DNA of 64,000 bases from Macrostomum lignano (Eukaryota): contig NIVC01000835.1 in the NCBI GenBank assembly GCA_002269645.1, positions 1-64,000 on the forward strand. Direction: 5' to 3'. Position numbers and translations under genes: made by a program. Shown here one piece after another: positions 38,135 through 50,589 of this stretch. The notes beneath the pieces were generated by a model. It had not been told where the DNA came from, ran no database searches, and was given only the letters and a program-made list of their open reading frames with translations. Within the stretch, counting starts at the first letter, position 1. Each line of letters begins with the position of its first letter.

Positions 38135-38558
38135 GCGGATTTTATGAAGGGTCGGATTCTGTGAAGGGGCGGATTCTGTAAAGGAGTGGATTCTGTGAAG
38201 GGTCGGATTCTGTGAAGGGGCGGATTCTGTAAAGGAGTGGATTCTGTGAAGGGGCGGATTCTGTGAAGGATCGGATTCAGTGAAGGGGCGGATTCTGTGA
38301 AGGGGCAGATTCTGTGAAGGGTCGGATTCTGTGAAGGGGCGGATTCTGTGAAGGGGCGGATTCTGTGAAGGGGCGGATTCTGTGAAGGGTCGGATTCAGT
38401 GAAGGGGCGGATTCTGTGAAGGGGCGGATTCTGTGAAGGGTCGGATTCTGTGAAGGGTCGGATTCTGTGAAGGGGTGGATTCTGTGAAGGGTCGGATTCT
38501 GTGAAGGGGCGGATTCTGTGAAGGGGTGGATTCAGTGAAGGGGCGGATTCAGTGAATG
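38135..38558. repeat. 17-bp minisatellite in the GPCR intron
   Basis: Unit GGGGCGGATTCTGTGAA. Confidence 0.94.
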
Positions 38559-38654
38559 GCAGGTTATGCATGCTGAAACAAGAGGACAGGGTCTTGTTGC
38601 TGGCCGACACTTAGAGAAGAATTGAATTTATTGAATCGATAAGTGGCGACTCAC

Positions 38655-39058
38655 TTCAGAGGATGCCGCAGGCTAATGTACCGATCCAAGCTGATGATCA
38701 CCAAATTAAGAATCGAGGCTGTGCAAGTCCAGACATCCAGCGCTAGCCAGATCTGGCACCACCACGAGCTGAACACCCAGTGCTTCAGCAGCACCTGGTG
38801 AGTGATGGAGAATGGAAGCACGCCAAGGCCCAACAGCAGGTCGCTGACGGCGAGGCTCACTACGAAGGTGCTGGTGAGGGCGCCCTGCAGCTTAGTGGAA
38901 GTGCAGGCCGCTAGTACGACGAGGATGTTGCCCAGAATGACGGCGGCATTGATGAGCGCCAGGCCGGCTGTCAGCAGGGCGAATCCGGCAGACTGCAGGT
39001 AGGCCAGCGTCACGCAGTGGCCGCTGCTACTGTCGCTGAGGTTGCCGCTGATGCTCAT
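38655..39058 (-). CDS. Biogenic amine GPCR (octopamine alpha/OAMB-like), exon 1
   Basis: MSISGNLS (N-glycosylation sequon), GNILVV, LAVSDLLLG, WLALDVWTCTASILNL...SLDRY; donor AA|GTGAGT, phase 2. Confidence 0.9.
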
Positions 39059-39561
39059 CTGGTGTCTGGCTTTGCGGGTGGTTATGTCTGCGGTCAGGGT
39101 GGGATAATAATCTTCCAATCGATCTCTCGACAGGAAATGCTTAAACTATGCCACTCCAGATTAGATTTCCCATTTCAATGAAAACCCTCTATTACGAGCT
39201 AAAATATCGTTTGAAGGAAGTACTGAGGTTGTAACAGAAATAATTTAGATCATTTAGACCACACTAATTGGAACTAGTTTCTACGCTTATCTTTAAAACT
39301 TAACATTGATTAACTAATTAACTAATTAACTAATTATCTAATTAAAGATAAAGATTTAATTAAAGATTTAAAGATTTTAAAGTAAAAACTCTTGCTTCAG
39401 CTACCCCAAGTCATCATCAGCTTATCTAGGAAAGTACTTAGTTGCTCAAATAGAATGCATCCGTTCAGGCATATCGTAGACAGCCTTCAAGCAAGTGTCG
39501 CCCAAAGGGCATGCTTTTTGACGTAGCGAGCGTAGGGAGCCTCACAACGAATATTCTTCAA

Positions 39562-39640
39562 ACGCTCATTGGCTAACACCACCCAAGCTAGCGTAGAGAG
39601 CCTCAAAACTACTTTCCTCTCTATTGACGCTCATTGGCCA
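39562..39640 (-). promoter_or_regulatory. Two CCAAT (NF-Y-type) boxes in a ~65-bp direct duplication upstream of the GPCR
   Basis: TAGCCAATGAGCGT and TGGCCAATGAGCGT on the minus strand, ~510-580 bp upstream of the ATG. Confidence 0.4.
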
Positions 39641-40964
39641 ACGCGGCAACCCACCTCATACCTTCACTGTCAACCGCCCCATTATCTCATTTTCTCTCTA
39701 AGCAGTTAATTTACTTGAAGAGAGGCCAGAGCGTTTCCTCAGAATAATAAGACTCTAAACAAAGTTGAATGCTCGTCGAATGGAACAGGAAATTGTGGTT
39801 GGCCCAACCGTGCCAAAATATTTATAGCTAGCGGACTCATTAAATGCTCACCCGGACTCATTGTTATATAGTTACTGAAATCAATACTCGTACATTAACA
39901 TAGAAATGCAAACTAAATCGCGCATATCCTACAGAATTTCGACTACTATAGCTTGTATAATTTAAACAATAAATGCGAATCAACGGTGCCAAAATTGGTA
40001 CTGCTTTCGTTATGCCTTTTTTAAATTTTCCTCTTCTTACTTATACTTTGAGGCTTTGAAGTTAAAGCCAAACTGCTAGTGTCACGCAAGACTGACTCTA
40101 CAGACTATTAGTAGAACCATAAGCAAAGTAGAATTAAGATTTAACCAGCTTTGAAGTTTGATTACCTTCCTTAGTCAAAACACGATCTATAGGCCTATTT
40201 TGTGTGACGGGAGACGTTTCTCAACCTCTATTCGAACTTGACCCCATTTATATTCACTAGTATCCATATCCAGGGTGCTCAAAAAACAGCCTCGAGTTTG
40301 AATACTGTTTTCTAAGGAATAATCTTTCCCTGTTACACGTTTTCTTATTTATTCGACAGGAATCTACTTGAAATCACTGGGAGAGCCCCATCTGGTCAGC
40401 GCACCACAAGGGGAACGATTGCGTGCCGACTTCTCGAAGTGGGAAGTCGGGTCTAGCAAGCTATAGAAATTTAGCGGATTTTTCTCCCCCCCCCCCAAAC
40501 TCAAGCGTGCCAATGAACTAACTAGCTATTCAGTATCGAAGGCAGCTAGGAGCTCATGCATAGTCAGGGCTAGAACTCGAACTGTTTAATTAGGGTCGAA
40601 CACTCAGGTTACAGATGAGGCACTTGAGAATACCTAATTCCCCGAATTAATTTGCATGCGATTTTAATTTTCTAGGCAATGAAATGTCTCTTGATAGAAA
40701 TGGTGCTTACCAATATCAGTAGCTGATTCTGTTCACCTGTTGGTCAAAGGAAACACTGCTCTTGAGCATCGTAATCAGTTTGAATGGAGTGGGATGGCTC
40801 TGCACGCACAGTGTGCTGCTTTTTTATATAGATCAACTGCATTAGGCTCTGCAGGCCAATGAGAGACTTCCCAGTCAGCTGTCCAGTGACGGGCCTTCCT
40901 CATGGGAGCGAATCTCACCTCCACCAAAAATCCGTTCAATACAAAAATGCATATCACTTGAATC

Positions 40965-41095
40965 ATTTGTCTGAATCATTCGTCTGAGTCATTTTCTGAG
41001 TCATCTGTCTGAGTCATCTGCCTGAGTCATCTGCCTGAGTCATCTGCCTGAGTCATCTGCCTGAGTCATCTGCCTGAGTCATCTGCCTAAGTCAT
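40965..41095. repeat. 13-bp minisatellite
   Basis: Unit TGAGTCATCTGCC. Confidence 0.9.
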
Positions 41096-41474
41096 CCTGC
41101 ATGGGTAGTCTTTGAGTCGCCCGACTGTCTCAGCTGAATCAAGTTGTACAGCGTACAGTATTTTGAAGTTATAGCTCGTATCACCCATTTTACAACACTT
41201 ACAAACTTACAAAACTTCGAGCTCTAACCAGTACTTTGCATGAGCGATTCTGCATTGCAGTTTGCGGAAACAGCCTCCGCTTTTCAACTTAAAAACCATG
41301 TTGCTACGAGCTGACGCCTCTACTAATAGTAGCAATCGAAGCAAAATCGCATTTAATCAAAAAATATAAATTTATATTTAAGAAAGCGAAAATGGTATCA
41401 CTTTGAAAGTTCAGAAATTTCTTAAAGTTATGAACAGTAAAAATTATAAGTTCTTTTCGAGATCAGACAGACAA

Positions 41475-41992
41475 GCTACTCTCTACTGGATTAGCTAGAC
41501 TATCTACCAGACAAGCTAAACTGTCTACTGGATAAGCTAGACTATCTACCAGATAAGCTAAACTGTCTACTGGATAAACTGTCTACTGGACTATCTACCA
41601 GACAAGCTGAACTATCTATCAGACAAGCTAGACTATCCCCTAGACCAGCTAGACTATCCCCTAGACCAGCTAGACTATCCCCTAGACCAGCTAGACTATC
41701 CCCTAGACCAGCTAGACTATCCCCTAGACCAGCTAGACTATCCCCTAGACCAGCTAGACTATCCCCTAGACCAGCTAGACTATCCCCTAGACCAGCTAGA
41801 CTATCCCCTAGACCAGCTAGACTATCCCCTAGACCAGCTAGACTATCCCCTAGACCAGCTAGACTATCCCCTAGACCAGCTAGACTATCCCCTAGACCAG
41901 CTAAACTATCCCCTAGACCAGCTAGACTATCCCCTAGACCAGCTAAACTATCCCCTAGACCAGCTAGACTATCCCCTAGACCAGCTAGACCA
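41475..41992. repeat. 21-bp minisatellite
   Basis: Unit CCAGCTAGACTATCCCCTAGA; overlaps the stop codon of the glycosyltransferase gene. Confidence 0.94.
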
Positions 41993-42627
41993 GTCCAAGT
42001 TTAACCCGCAGCTGCATATTCGGATCGAAGTAGTTCTCTGCCAGCTGCCTGGACAAGCTGTTGTGCTCGCACGCTCGCTCGCCGTGACCTCTCCTGTACA
42101 GCAGGCGCCGACCAATCAGCGAGCTCATCCGATAGAAGGCCAAGCTTTGGAAGCAGGACCCGACTTTCACTGGCCAGGGCGTCTGGTGCAGCGAAGCTGT
42201 GGCGCTCCGCCGGTCGACGCCAGGATCCCGGAACTGCGATTGCACGGGTCGTAGGCCATCCGTCTGCCCCAGTAGTAGTAATAAACTGCCGGGCACAGAG
42301 AGTCCAGCGCCGGTCTAGCAGAGAAGTAGTACAGCCCCTGCAGCAGGGACCTGTGATCCCAGTCCACCCAGATCAGACCCGGGTCGATGACGGCCAATAA
42401 GCTACGATTTCGAGTCGAGTTGGTTACCAGCTGAGTATAGGCGTAAGCCAGCAGCTGATTTCTCAGGGCGGACATCACCGCGCCTTGTTCGATGTCCTCT
42501 TGAAGGCGTTTCCCACTCGAGTAGGTCACAGCCAGACGGCAGGGCTTGGCGGAGTTGACCTGGCCGCAGCCCAGCAGCTTGACCCGCGAGTCGAACCGGC
42601 TGACCCGGTGCAGAAACCTCCTGGTAT
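41985..42627 (-). CDS. Glycosyltransferase exon 2 (one frameshift near 42244)
   Basis: Acceptor CTGTAG, phase 1, gives ENDSSDDTRRFL; MSALRNQLL, LAVIDPGLIWVDWD, AYDP; after a frame change PVKVGSCFQSLAFYR, ACEHNSL, FDPNM. Confidence 0.72.
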
Positions 42628-42799
42628 CTACAGAAGGTACAATTCAGATATTTTGATCAAATTTCTACATTGCTACTGACAGTAGATAGTTGGGTGCATG
42701 AAAGTCAGATTTACCGGTAAAATTATAAAGGATGCTCACAGACTTAAATTTGAAGCCAGGCATCTAAGAACTCGGAGTGTCTCGGGACCATTGAGACCT

Positions 42800-42947
42800 T
42801 CGAGGACCTTTGGGGACCTTCGGGACCTTCGGGACCTTCGGGACCTTCGGGACCTTCGGGACCTTCGGGACCTTCGGGACCTTCGGGACCTTCGGGACCT
42901 TCGGGACCTTCGGGACCTTCGGGACCTTCGGGACCTTCGGGACCTTT
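42800..42947. repeat. (GGGACCTTC)n 9-bp repeat in the glycosyltransferase intron
   Basis: ~15 near-perfect copies. Confidence 0.95.
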
Positions 42948-42989
42948 TCACAAGTGGTTATACAGCCACTTCAACAGCGTCAGCATTAC

Positions 42990-43554
42990 CATCGCTAGAG
43001 TCGTTCTCCATCAGCGCGATGCTGCACTGAGCAAAGCGGGTGCACAGCTGGCGCAGGTTTTTCAACGAGCTCCGCAAGCCGGGCAAAGCATTCCTGACGG
43101 TGCCCACAGCGATCAGCGTCTGTGTGCGGAGCCAAGCGGCGGCCCGGCTGGCGCGGAAGTCCGCGGACTCCTCCTTGGCTGACAGTCGCAGCAGAGGCAG
43201 CTGCGTGCTGGCCGGGTCAAACCAGTGCATAGCGGCGTCCATGTGCTGACGGGCGAGCCGGTGAAAGTAGCTAAAATTCAGCGCATTGGCCGAGAGTTCG
43301 GACAGGCTAGGCGAAGTTTTCGAGTCTGAGGCGGCCGGCGGGAGAGAGCGGACAAGTTCGCGGACAAGGTTCGATCCGTTATCGACGTCCACTGGGCTGC
43401 TCCCGCTGCCTGAGACAAGCCAAGCCGTGAACTGGACAACCAGAAGCAGCGCGGCCACCAGAATGAAGGCTCGACGCCTCTTCCGACTGCTTGGCAGGCA
43501 GCTGCAGGGACGCCAGCGCTTCTCCATCACCGCCGGGTGAATGGGAGCCCCCAT
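42990..43554 (-). CDS. Type II membrane glycosyltransferase (CAP59-like GT-A), exon 1
   Basis: CAG|ATG start, basic tail + TM AFILVAALLLVVQFTAWLV, stem, IAVGTVRNALPGL...IALMENDSSD; donor G|GTAATG, phase 1. Confidence 0.75.
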
Positions 43555-44542
43555 CTGAGGGAGGGTGTGTCAGTGCTCAGTGTGTGTCAGTGCTCAGTGT
43601 GTGTCAGTGCTCAGTGTGAGTACGAGTTTTATCGCTGTCTCAGCGACTTTTGAAGACGTCTCTGTAAAATCAAATAATAAAATTGATCTCGTAAACCTTT
43701 ACCTGTGAATAGAGTCGCTGCAAAGCAGCAATCCAAAATGCCTCAGGAGTCAGCTTGATCTTTTCTTGTGCTTCTGCCGTTGCGCAGAGGCCAGCAAGGT
43801 GGCTTGGCAAAAGACTTATCTCTCCTTCAATTGAACACCGGCTTTTCCTCTTTAGCCAGCTCAGTGCCTTTTAAGAGAGTGGGATTTTCTACAGCGAAAA
43901 GTTCTCTTCCGCTTATAGGCCAGACTTTACAAGCGCACGCTTCATCTCTGCCCTCCCCTGTCCCTATGATGCTGACAGAGCTAAAGATGAAGCTTGCTTG
44001 GTGGCGTTGCTATGTGCTTAAAAAACGAGGTTGGCAACGATCTTCATTCAATCTATAGCTCTCCCATTCTCTCTCCGTCTCTCTCTTAGACCTTTATATC
44101 AATAAAAAAATGGTTGACGTACGGCTAGCCAGCCAGCCAGTCAGTCAATCTGGTTTTGAGAGTGGATCCATGAGTGCAAACTAAGCACGCGTGCATGACT
44201 ACAGTACAATGAGAAACTAAGGCCTATTCGTTTGGGCTATCAAATTAAAAGTGGGGCAATTTACTATAGTAGTTTGTGGTAGTTTCCGTTCATTAATTAT
44301 ATGCTTCAGGCCATAGACATATATTCCACTACCATAGTGTTGTCCTTGTGCATGGCTCATTGACGCTGAGCTCAGCTCTCAATTCATTTTATTTTTTGTT
44401 CCTTTCTAGTTTGGTCCGTTCGACCTCTTCATATTAACATTAGCGCAGTCACGTAAATAAATGTCTATGGGGAACTTTTGTTTCACCCACAACACATAGA
44501 CTACTTTTGTTTTCTGTAAAAGACTTCAGAAACAAGGACTAC

Positions 44543-44786
44543 TAAAGTAGAAGGACGGGAAAGTACGTTTCTTGGAAAAAAATTAGGAAACAGGTTTTTA
44601 CCGAAAACTACGTTTTCTTCATCATTTTCATAAAGCTTGTTGTTTAGAAAATTAGATTTCTATGTTAATTTTCTGTATCCTATATATAAAAGTACATTGG
44701 GTCTGCCTCCCCGTGATTTATTTATTTCGGCTAAACTTGCCTCCTAAAATTTTCCAAGAACCGTGCTTTCCCGTCCTTCTACTTTA
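44543..44786. mobile_element. MITE-like element, ~245 bp
   Basis: TIR TAAAGTAGAAGGACGGGAAAG(T/C)ACG(T/G)TTCTTGGAA, extending imperfectly to ~75 bp; flanking TA possible. Confidence 0.65.
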
Positions 44787-45352
44787 CTAATAGAGTAAAC
44801 TAATAGACTGCTAATAGACTAATAGAGTTTTGGCCATAGACAGTTCGTTGTCGCATCATTTAATCTCATGAAAATCTCTAACTATAAATCTACAAGAAAT
44901 CTGTAATCCTTACTCGATATTACCTACTGCAAGTAATCGAGACGCAGGCATAATTTTTCAACCAATTTTTATAAATCAGCGGCAGGCATATTCTATAATC
45001 GTGCACTGTGCGCACAGTAGCATGGGAGAAATTCCCTATATAAAACTTATCGATTAAACTGACTGGCTGTCCCTTATTGAGCTCCAATATGTGACACTTT
45101 GCCTGGCCTTAGGCAACTGGGGTAGTAGGGGGGGGGGCACAGGAAGCGCAGCTGTGCTCAGGGCAACAGCAGCTATTAAGACCACGCCATGGCACTCTCC
45201 ACATAAAGCGCACTCCGCCTCCCCCACCGCTGCTGCACACTTGCTCTGCTCTCCCAGCCATAAAATCCATTGAAAACTAGCCTAAACCAACCAAACCCAG
45301 AACAGAAGCTCAGAGCAATTAAGCAATTTTAATTAACTACACACAGGTAGTC

Positions 45353-45802
45353 ATGACGACGGAAGGGACGTCAGCAGTGTCGTCGATGGACGAGCAACAA
45401 CAACAACAACAGAAGCTACCAGAGAATAGACAACAGGAAAAGCAGCAGAGGAAAGAGGAACTGCTCTGCTGCTGTCGGGTGATGTGCGTGACGCCTCGAG
45501 AAGATCCGTTGGAGTTTTCGAGCTGCTTGTCAATCGTTCTGCTCGTTCTGGGCATCGTGCTCATCAGCTTCGGTTATTTGGTGCCGCGCCAGTATACTCA
45601 GGACGACAGATTGACCGCCAGAGAGAATGAAAGAAACGCTATATACTACTATAAGCTAGGCAGGCACATGGACGTCTGCATATTGGTTGGGATTTCAGTG
45701 CTAAGCCTGGGCTCCATCATGCTGTCGGCTGTGCTTAGCTACACCCTGTACCAGCACGAGAAGTTGAAAGCCTCAAAGGCTTCTGGCGAGCTGGCCAAGT
45801 AG
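45353..45802 (+). CDS. TMEM74: TMEM74-like two-pass membrane protein (neurensin family)
   Basis: GYLVPRQY...AREnER...LGRHMDVCILVGISVLSLGSIMLS matches the TMEM74 pattern YIVPRE...AREMER...LGAHLDRCVIAGLCLLTLG; single exon. Confidence 0.8.
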   Translation: MTTEGTSAVSSMDEQQQQQQKLPENRQQEKQQRKEELLCCCRVMCVTPREDPLEFSSCLSIVLLVLGIVLISFGYLVPRQYTQDDRLTARENERNAIYYYKLGRHMDVCILVGISVLSLGSIMLSAVLSYTLYQHEKLKASKASGELAK

Positions 45803-45867
45803 GCTTGCAATTGGACTGAACTTTTTAAACACCAACACAAACCTGCAAAAGGTGGAGGGTCGAAATT

Positions 45868-46075
45868 AGGGGTAGGGAGTGAGGTGGCTGGTTTAATCAG
45901 GGTTGGGGTTAGGGGTAGGGAGTGAGGTGGTAGGTTTAATCAGGGTTGGGGTTAGGGGTAGGGAGTGAGGTGGCTGGTTTAATGAGGGTCGGGGTTGGGG
46001 GTAGGGAGTGAGGTGGCTGGTTTAATGAGGGTCGGGGTTAGGGGTAGGGAGTGAGGTAGCTGGTTTAGCGAGGGT
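45868..46075. repeat. G-rich ~43-bp minisatellite, ~5 copies
   Basis: GGGGTAGGGAGTGAGGTGGCTGGTTTAATCAGGGTTGGGGTTA. Confidence 0.88.
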
Positions 46076-46233
46076 ATGAATTTGGCTCTTTACAGCTCGT
46101 AAGTTAGGTGAGATGAAGGAACACAGTACAGTACAAACTTCTACAAGCAAGAACTTTTCTTTATTTTTAAAAAGTAAAAATAATTTTCAATTTATCGAAT
46201 AATAATTTGTGGCTTTTTCATGTAGTAGACTGC

Positions 46234-46243
<10 letters not shown>

Positions 46244-46272
<29 letters not shown>
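46244..46272. repeat. (CA)n microsatellite
   Basis: Pure CA run. Confidence 0.9.
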
Positions 46273-46274
<2 letters not shown>

Positions 46275-46805
46275 CAAAGCATTTTGTGATTGTTTGTACA
46301 GAGGTACAAGGTTGCACACCCATATCAATATTTTTATTCAATTTGTTGCAACTTTGAATTCAAACTTCTCATAATTATGGTCTCCTCTGGCTTGGGTGCA
46401 ACGCGTATTTATATTTTGCTAATTTTAAATCAGATAAATACACAAAAAGTCTATTAAAAGCGATCAGTTTCGCATTCAAGAATATCTATAAACTGAGTTC
46501 TCTGCTTATAAGCTCTAGTATAAGTAGTTAAGAAGTAGTTGAAATTAATATTGTCAATAAAATAAATTCGGAACGTGCTTGCGCTATTGCGAAAGAGACA
46601 CCCAATCAGATAAGATCATGAATAGCAAAAATAGCCTAAGTGCCGCCAGTATGTACAATGTACATGTACACTTCTTATGTACATTGAGCTTTCAATTTTC
46701 ACGCCCGTAGCTTATAGCGCCCCCTCGAATCAGCCCAAATTCCTTTCTTGATGGTTCAACTCCGCCTGCTCACAACTTCAAAGAATTCGACGATGATAAG
46801 TTTCG

Positions 46806-47146
46806 AGCTCGGGAAGTTTCGAGTTTGGGAAGTTTCGAGTTTGGGAAGTTTCGAGTTTGGGAAGCTTCGAGTTTGGGAAGCTTCAGCTCGGGAAGTTTCG
46901 AGTTTGGGAAGTTTCGAGTTTGGGAAGTTTCGAGTTTGGGAAGTTTCGAGTTTGGGAAGTTTCGAGTTTGGGAAGTTTCGAGTTTGGGAAGTTTCGAGTT
47001 TGGAAAGTTTTGGATTTGGGAAGTTTCGAGTTTGGGAAGTTTTGGATTTGGGAAGTTTTGGATTTGGGAAATTTTGGATTTGGGAAGTTTTGGATTTGGG
47101 AAGTTTTGGATTTGGGAAGTTTTGGATTTGGGAAGTTTCGAGTTTG
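46806..47146. repeat. 16-bp minisatellite
   Basis: Unit GGGAAGTTTCGAGTTT / GGGAAGTTTTGGATTT. Confidence 0.93.
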
Positions 47147-47264
47147 TGAAAACGACTCATTGTGCACACCAGCCGTTCTTCACAGATTTTCATAGATTAC
47201 AGCCTCGACCAATTTCTCATTACAAATAACAAGTCCACCACCAGCAACTGCACAACTTCAGTTG

Positions 47265-47924
47265 CTAGGCAACGCGAACTCCCTGAGTTGCCGGCCTGCC
47301 AGACGAAGCCGCCGCACCATCGGCGCCGCCGCGGAGGTCTCGACTGGCGAACCAGGCGGACACGCTAGCGGTGTGGTTGTGAAACCGAACCTGGTGAACC
47401 CGAGGTCCCCTCTGCCGGCCGCGGCCGCCGCTGGGCTCCTCGTCCTGCCCGTCATCGGCCAGACGGTTCTGCTGACGCGGATCGCCGAAGCCGCGCCGTC
47501 GCAGCAGCTCGCACAGTCGCCAGCCGTCCAGACGAAATCGGCGACGAAGCCGGCCGACGGCGTCCGCCTCAGCCGATGACGAGGTCGACGCGGTGGAGGC
47601 AGCGTCGTCCACCAGTTCGTCATCGACAGACTCGCCGAACTGGCGACGCTGGAGCCGGAGCTTCTGGTGCTGCTGATGATGCCGAGTCCGCTGCTGGCCG
47701 AACGTCGGTCGACGCAGGCTGGTGACGAAACCGGTCGGCCAGAACGCGTCGTCGTCGCCTTCGCCGTCGGCCGTGTCGCCGTCGGCGTTGCCATGGTGAC
47801 TGGCCGTCGCTGCTGCCGGCAGATAACGACGCCGCGGACCGCCGCTGGCTGATACGGCCGACACGACCGATAAAGTCGGGAAACGGGTGCACATGGCCGC
47901 GTAGTCGCGCTGACATCTGGCGCG
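47265..47924 (-). CDS. Terminal exon of an unidentified protein
   Basis: Acceptor ATCCGCAG, phase 0, 660 nt, GC3-rich codons (RARCQRDYAAMCTRFP...GEGDDDAFW...ELVDD). Confidence 0.55.
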   Translation of the reverse strand, partial: RARCQRDYAAMCTRFPTLSVVSAVSASGGPRRRYLPAAATASHHGNADGDTADGEGDDDAFWPTGFVTSLRRPTFGQQRTRHHQQHQKLRLQRRQFGESVDDELVDDAASTASTSSSAEADAVGRLRRRFRLDGWRLCELLRRRGFGDPRQQNRLADDGQDEEPSGGRGRQRGPRVHQVRFHNHTASVSAWFASRDLRGGADGAAASSGRPATQGVRVA

Positions 47925-48077
47925 CTGCGGATTTTATAAATATAATATATATACATATACATATACATAAATATAATATATATATGCAGCATGAGTCAGT
48001 ACCTGCGCCTGTCTCCTAGAAACTGTGCGAAAGTGTGCAAACTTTGAATAAATATTGCCAATAAAGCAAAACGTTTT

Positions 48078-48598
48078 AGTGTCAGGGGTAGGCCAGAATA
48101 GGTGTCAGGGGCAGGCCAGAATAGGTGTCAGGGACAGGCCAGAATAGGTGTCAGGGGCAGGCCAGAATAGGTGTCAGGGGCAGGCCAGAATAGGTGTCAG
48201 GGGTAGGCCAGAATGAGTGTCAGGGGCAGTCCAGAATGCGTGTCAGGAGTGGGACAGAACAAGTGTCAGGAGCAGGCCAGAACAAGTGTCAGGGGCAGGC
48301 CAGAATGAGTGTCAGGAGCAGGCCAGAACAAGTGTCAGGGGTAGGCCAGAATGAGTGTCAGGGGCAGGCCAGAATGAGTGTCAGGGGCAGGCCAGAATAG
48401 GTGTCAGGGGCAGGCCAGAATGAGTGTCAGGGCAGGCCAGAATAGGTGTCAGGGCAGGCCAGAATAGGTGTCAGGGCAGGCCAGAATAGGTGTCAGGGCA
48501 GGCCAGAATAGGTGTCAGGGCAGGCCAGAATAGGTGTCAGGGCCGGCCAGAATAGGTGTCAGGGCAGGCCAGAATAGGTGTCAGGGCAGGCCAGAATA
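48078..48598. repeat. 22-23-bp minisatellite
   Basis: Unit AATAGGTGTCAGGGGCAGGCCAG. Confidence 0.93.
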
Positions 48599-48612
48599 AG
48601 CCCATGGCGTAC

Positions 48613-48792
48613 ATGCGCAGTGTAGGCCGGCAGCAGCAGCGAATGCCGCGCGGCCTCAGATCCGACAGTCAATTCGGGCGGCGGTCTCGCAGCCGACAGC
48701 GTCGCAATCGCGGTGGTTGCAGGCCGGCCTCGAGCTGCGGAATGGCTGGACTGCATTTTGCTGGTGCACAGAGCCGCACTCGAGCTACCAGT
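48613..48792 (-). CDS. Candidate upstream exon of the same unidentified gene
   Basis: Acceptor CCGTAG, donor CAT|GTACGC (weak), 180 nt phase 0-0; joins as RHSLLLPAYTAH|RARCQRDY. Confidence 0.4.
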
Positions 48793-49271
48793 CTACGGTG
48801 GCAGGGGTAAGCCCTGTAGTTAGTTATAAGATCGTACAAAGAAATGATGGCTATTTGATAGCTCGATTCACACGGACAGAGGAGAGAGGGGTATTGAGGT
48901 GAGGTGAGGCTGTTTACAGATGCTCATATACTCGTAGGTAGACAGACAATGCAAGACCAGCATTTTAGCTCTTCAAAGCCCGTTTTTTCGTCTCAGCAGC
49001 AGCAGTCGATCCAATTCAAACAGACTGGCCCTATTTCTCGCCTATATGCATCTTTCTCCGCTTGCTGCGCTCAACGCTCAGCCAACGGAACGCTAAAAAT
49101 GCCCCCGTCAACATTGCAGTGCAGTTTAAATTGTTTAGAACCAAATTTAATTTTGTCTGCTCCTGCTTCATAAATATTCTCTCGCTTAGCATGATGCCCC
49201 TCATTCTGCGGGTGTCGTTTGCAACGGAATTCGGCATTTTCTGCTAGAATTTCTAGACTCCACTGATTGAG

Positions 49272-49718
49272 TGTGTGACCAAAATACAGGGGAAGGGTTG
49301 AAGGTGTGACCAAAATACAGGGCAGGGCTGAAGGTGTGACCAAAATACAGGGAAGGGTTGAAGGTGTGACCAAAATACAGGGAAGGGTTGAAGATGTGAC
49401 CAAAATACAGGGCAGGGCTGAAGGTGTGACCAAAATACAGGGAAGGGTTGAAGGTGTGACCAAAATACAGGGAAGGGTTGAAGATGTGACCAAAATACAG
49501 GGAAGGGTTGAAGGTGTGACCAAAATACAGGGCAGGGCTGAAGGTGTGACCAAAACACCAGGCAAGGGCAGGGCTGAAGGTGTGACCAAAACACCATGCA
49601 AGGGCAGGACTGAAGGTGTGACCAAAATACAGGGGAGGGTTGAAGGTGTGACAAAACACCAGGCAAGGGCAGGGCTGAAGGTGTGACCAAAATACAGGGC
49701 AAGGGTTTAATGTGTGAC
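49272..49718. repeat. 30-bp minisatellite
   Basis: Unit GTGTGACCAAAATACAGGGAAGGGTTGAAG. Confidence 0.93.
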
Positions 49719-50589
49719 AAAAATGCCGCGGAAAGTCAAAAGTTTATGATAATTACCAGGGAATAAAAATACCACTATGCCTGACTGCAGGCCAGACGAT
49801 AGCTTCTACCAGTAAGTTAAGCAGAATTGGCAGCGGTTAGTAGGCAACTGAACCACCAGCTCCCCCGCTGAGCTGCGTTAGAAATGCAGGGTGCCCTGTA
49901 CAAGTCTTATTAATATTAATTATATTAGTAAATATGAAAACTAACGAAGCCATTGAAGCCGTATAATAAAGTATTGATTTTCATAGAACGTACACACTTC
50001 TGAAATAACAATAGCATGCCAACTAATAGTATTTATTATATAAAGCCACAAATGAGATTTGGGACAACAAGAGACACAGTCTAAACATGGTTATTCATTT
50101 GCAAGTGCATGTTTTAATCTGTATTGTATTGAAGGACGCCACTCGCACAGAACTAATACCTGATACACTGATGATGAAGAGCCTACACGAGTACATGTAA
50201 ACAAACAAATGGGCGTACACTGCACACCAAGAAGACTGTTAGAGTACAACGAATAAGTATCGATAGATTATAAATTGCACAAAAACAAAGGTCGCAAGTT
50301 AAATCTGGAAAGTAAAAAATCAATAAAAAATTGCCTTTTCAATTTGAAAGCAGAAGCGCACACAATGACCTGATTTAGGAGAGGGGGGTTGCTGTGGAGC
50401 TAACACACGGGGAGGGGGGTAAAGGTTCTTCTCCTCAGCATAGAAGCATATTTAAATTGCGGCAGGGGGCTGCTTTCAAAAGTATGTACAATACGGGAGG
50501 ATTTGATCGATAGTGTACAGTATGTATGCACTTGCTGGGTAGAGTATGGAGCATATGCACTTCGCATCAGAGGTAGGTGATCCCGAGTG

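Noticed and set aside
50155-50200. CTGATGATGAAGAGCC hammerhead-like string
   Set aside because: No GAAA, and no pairing stem II or stem I.
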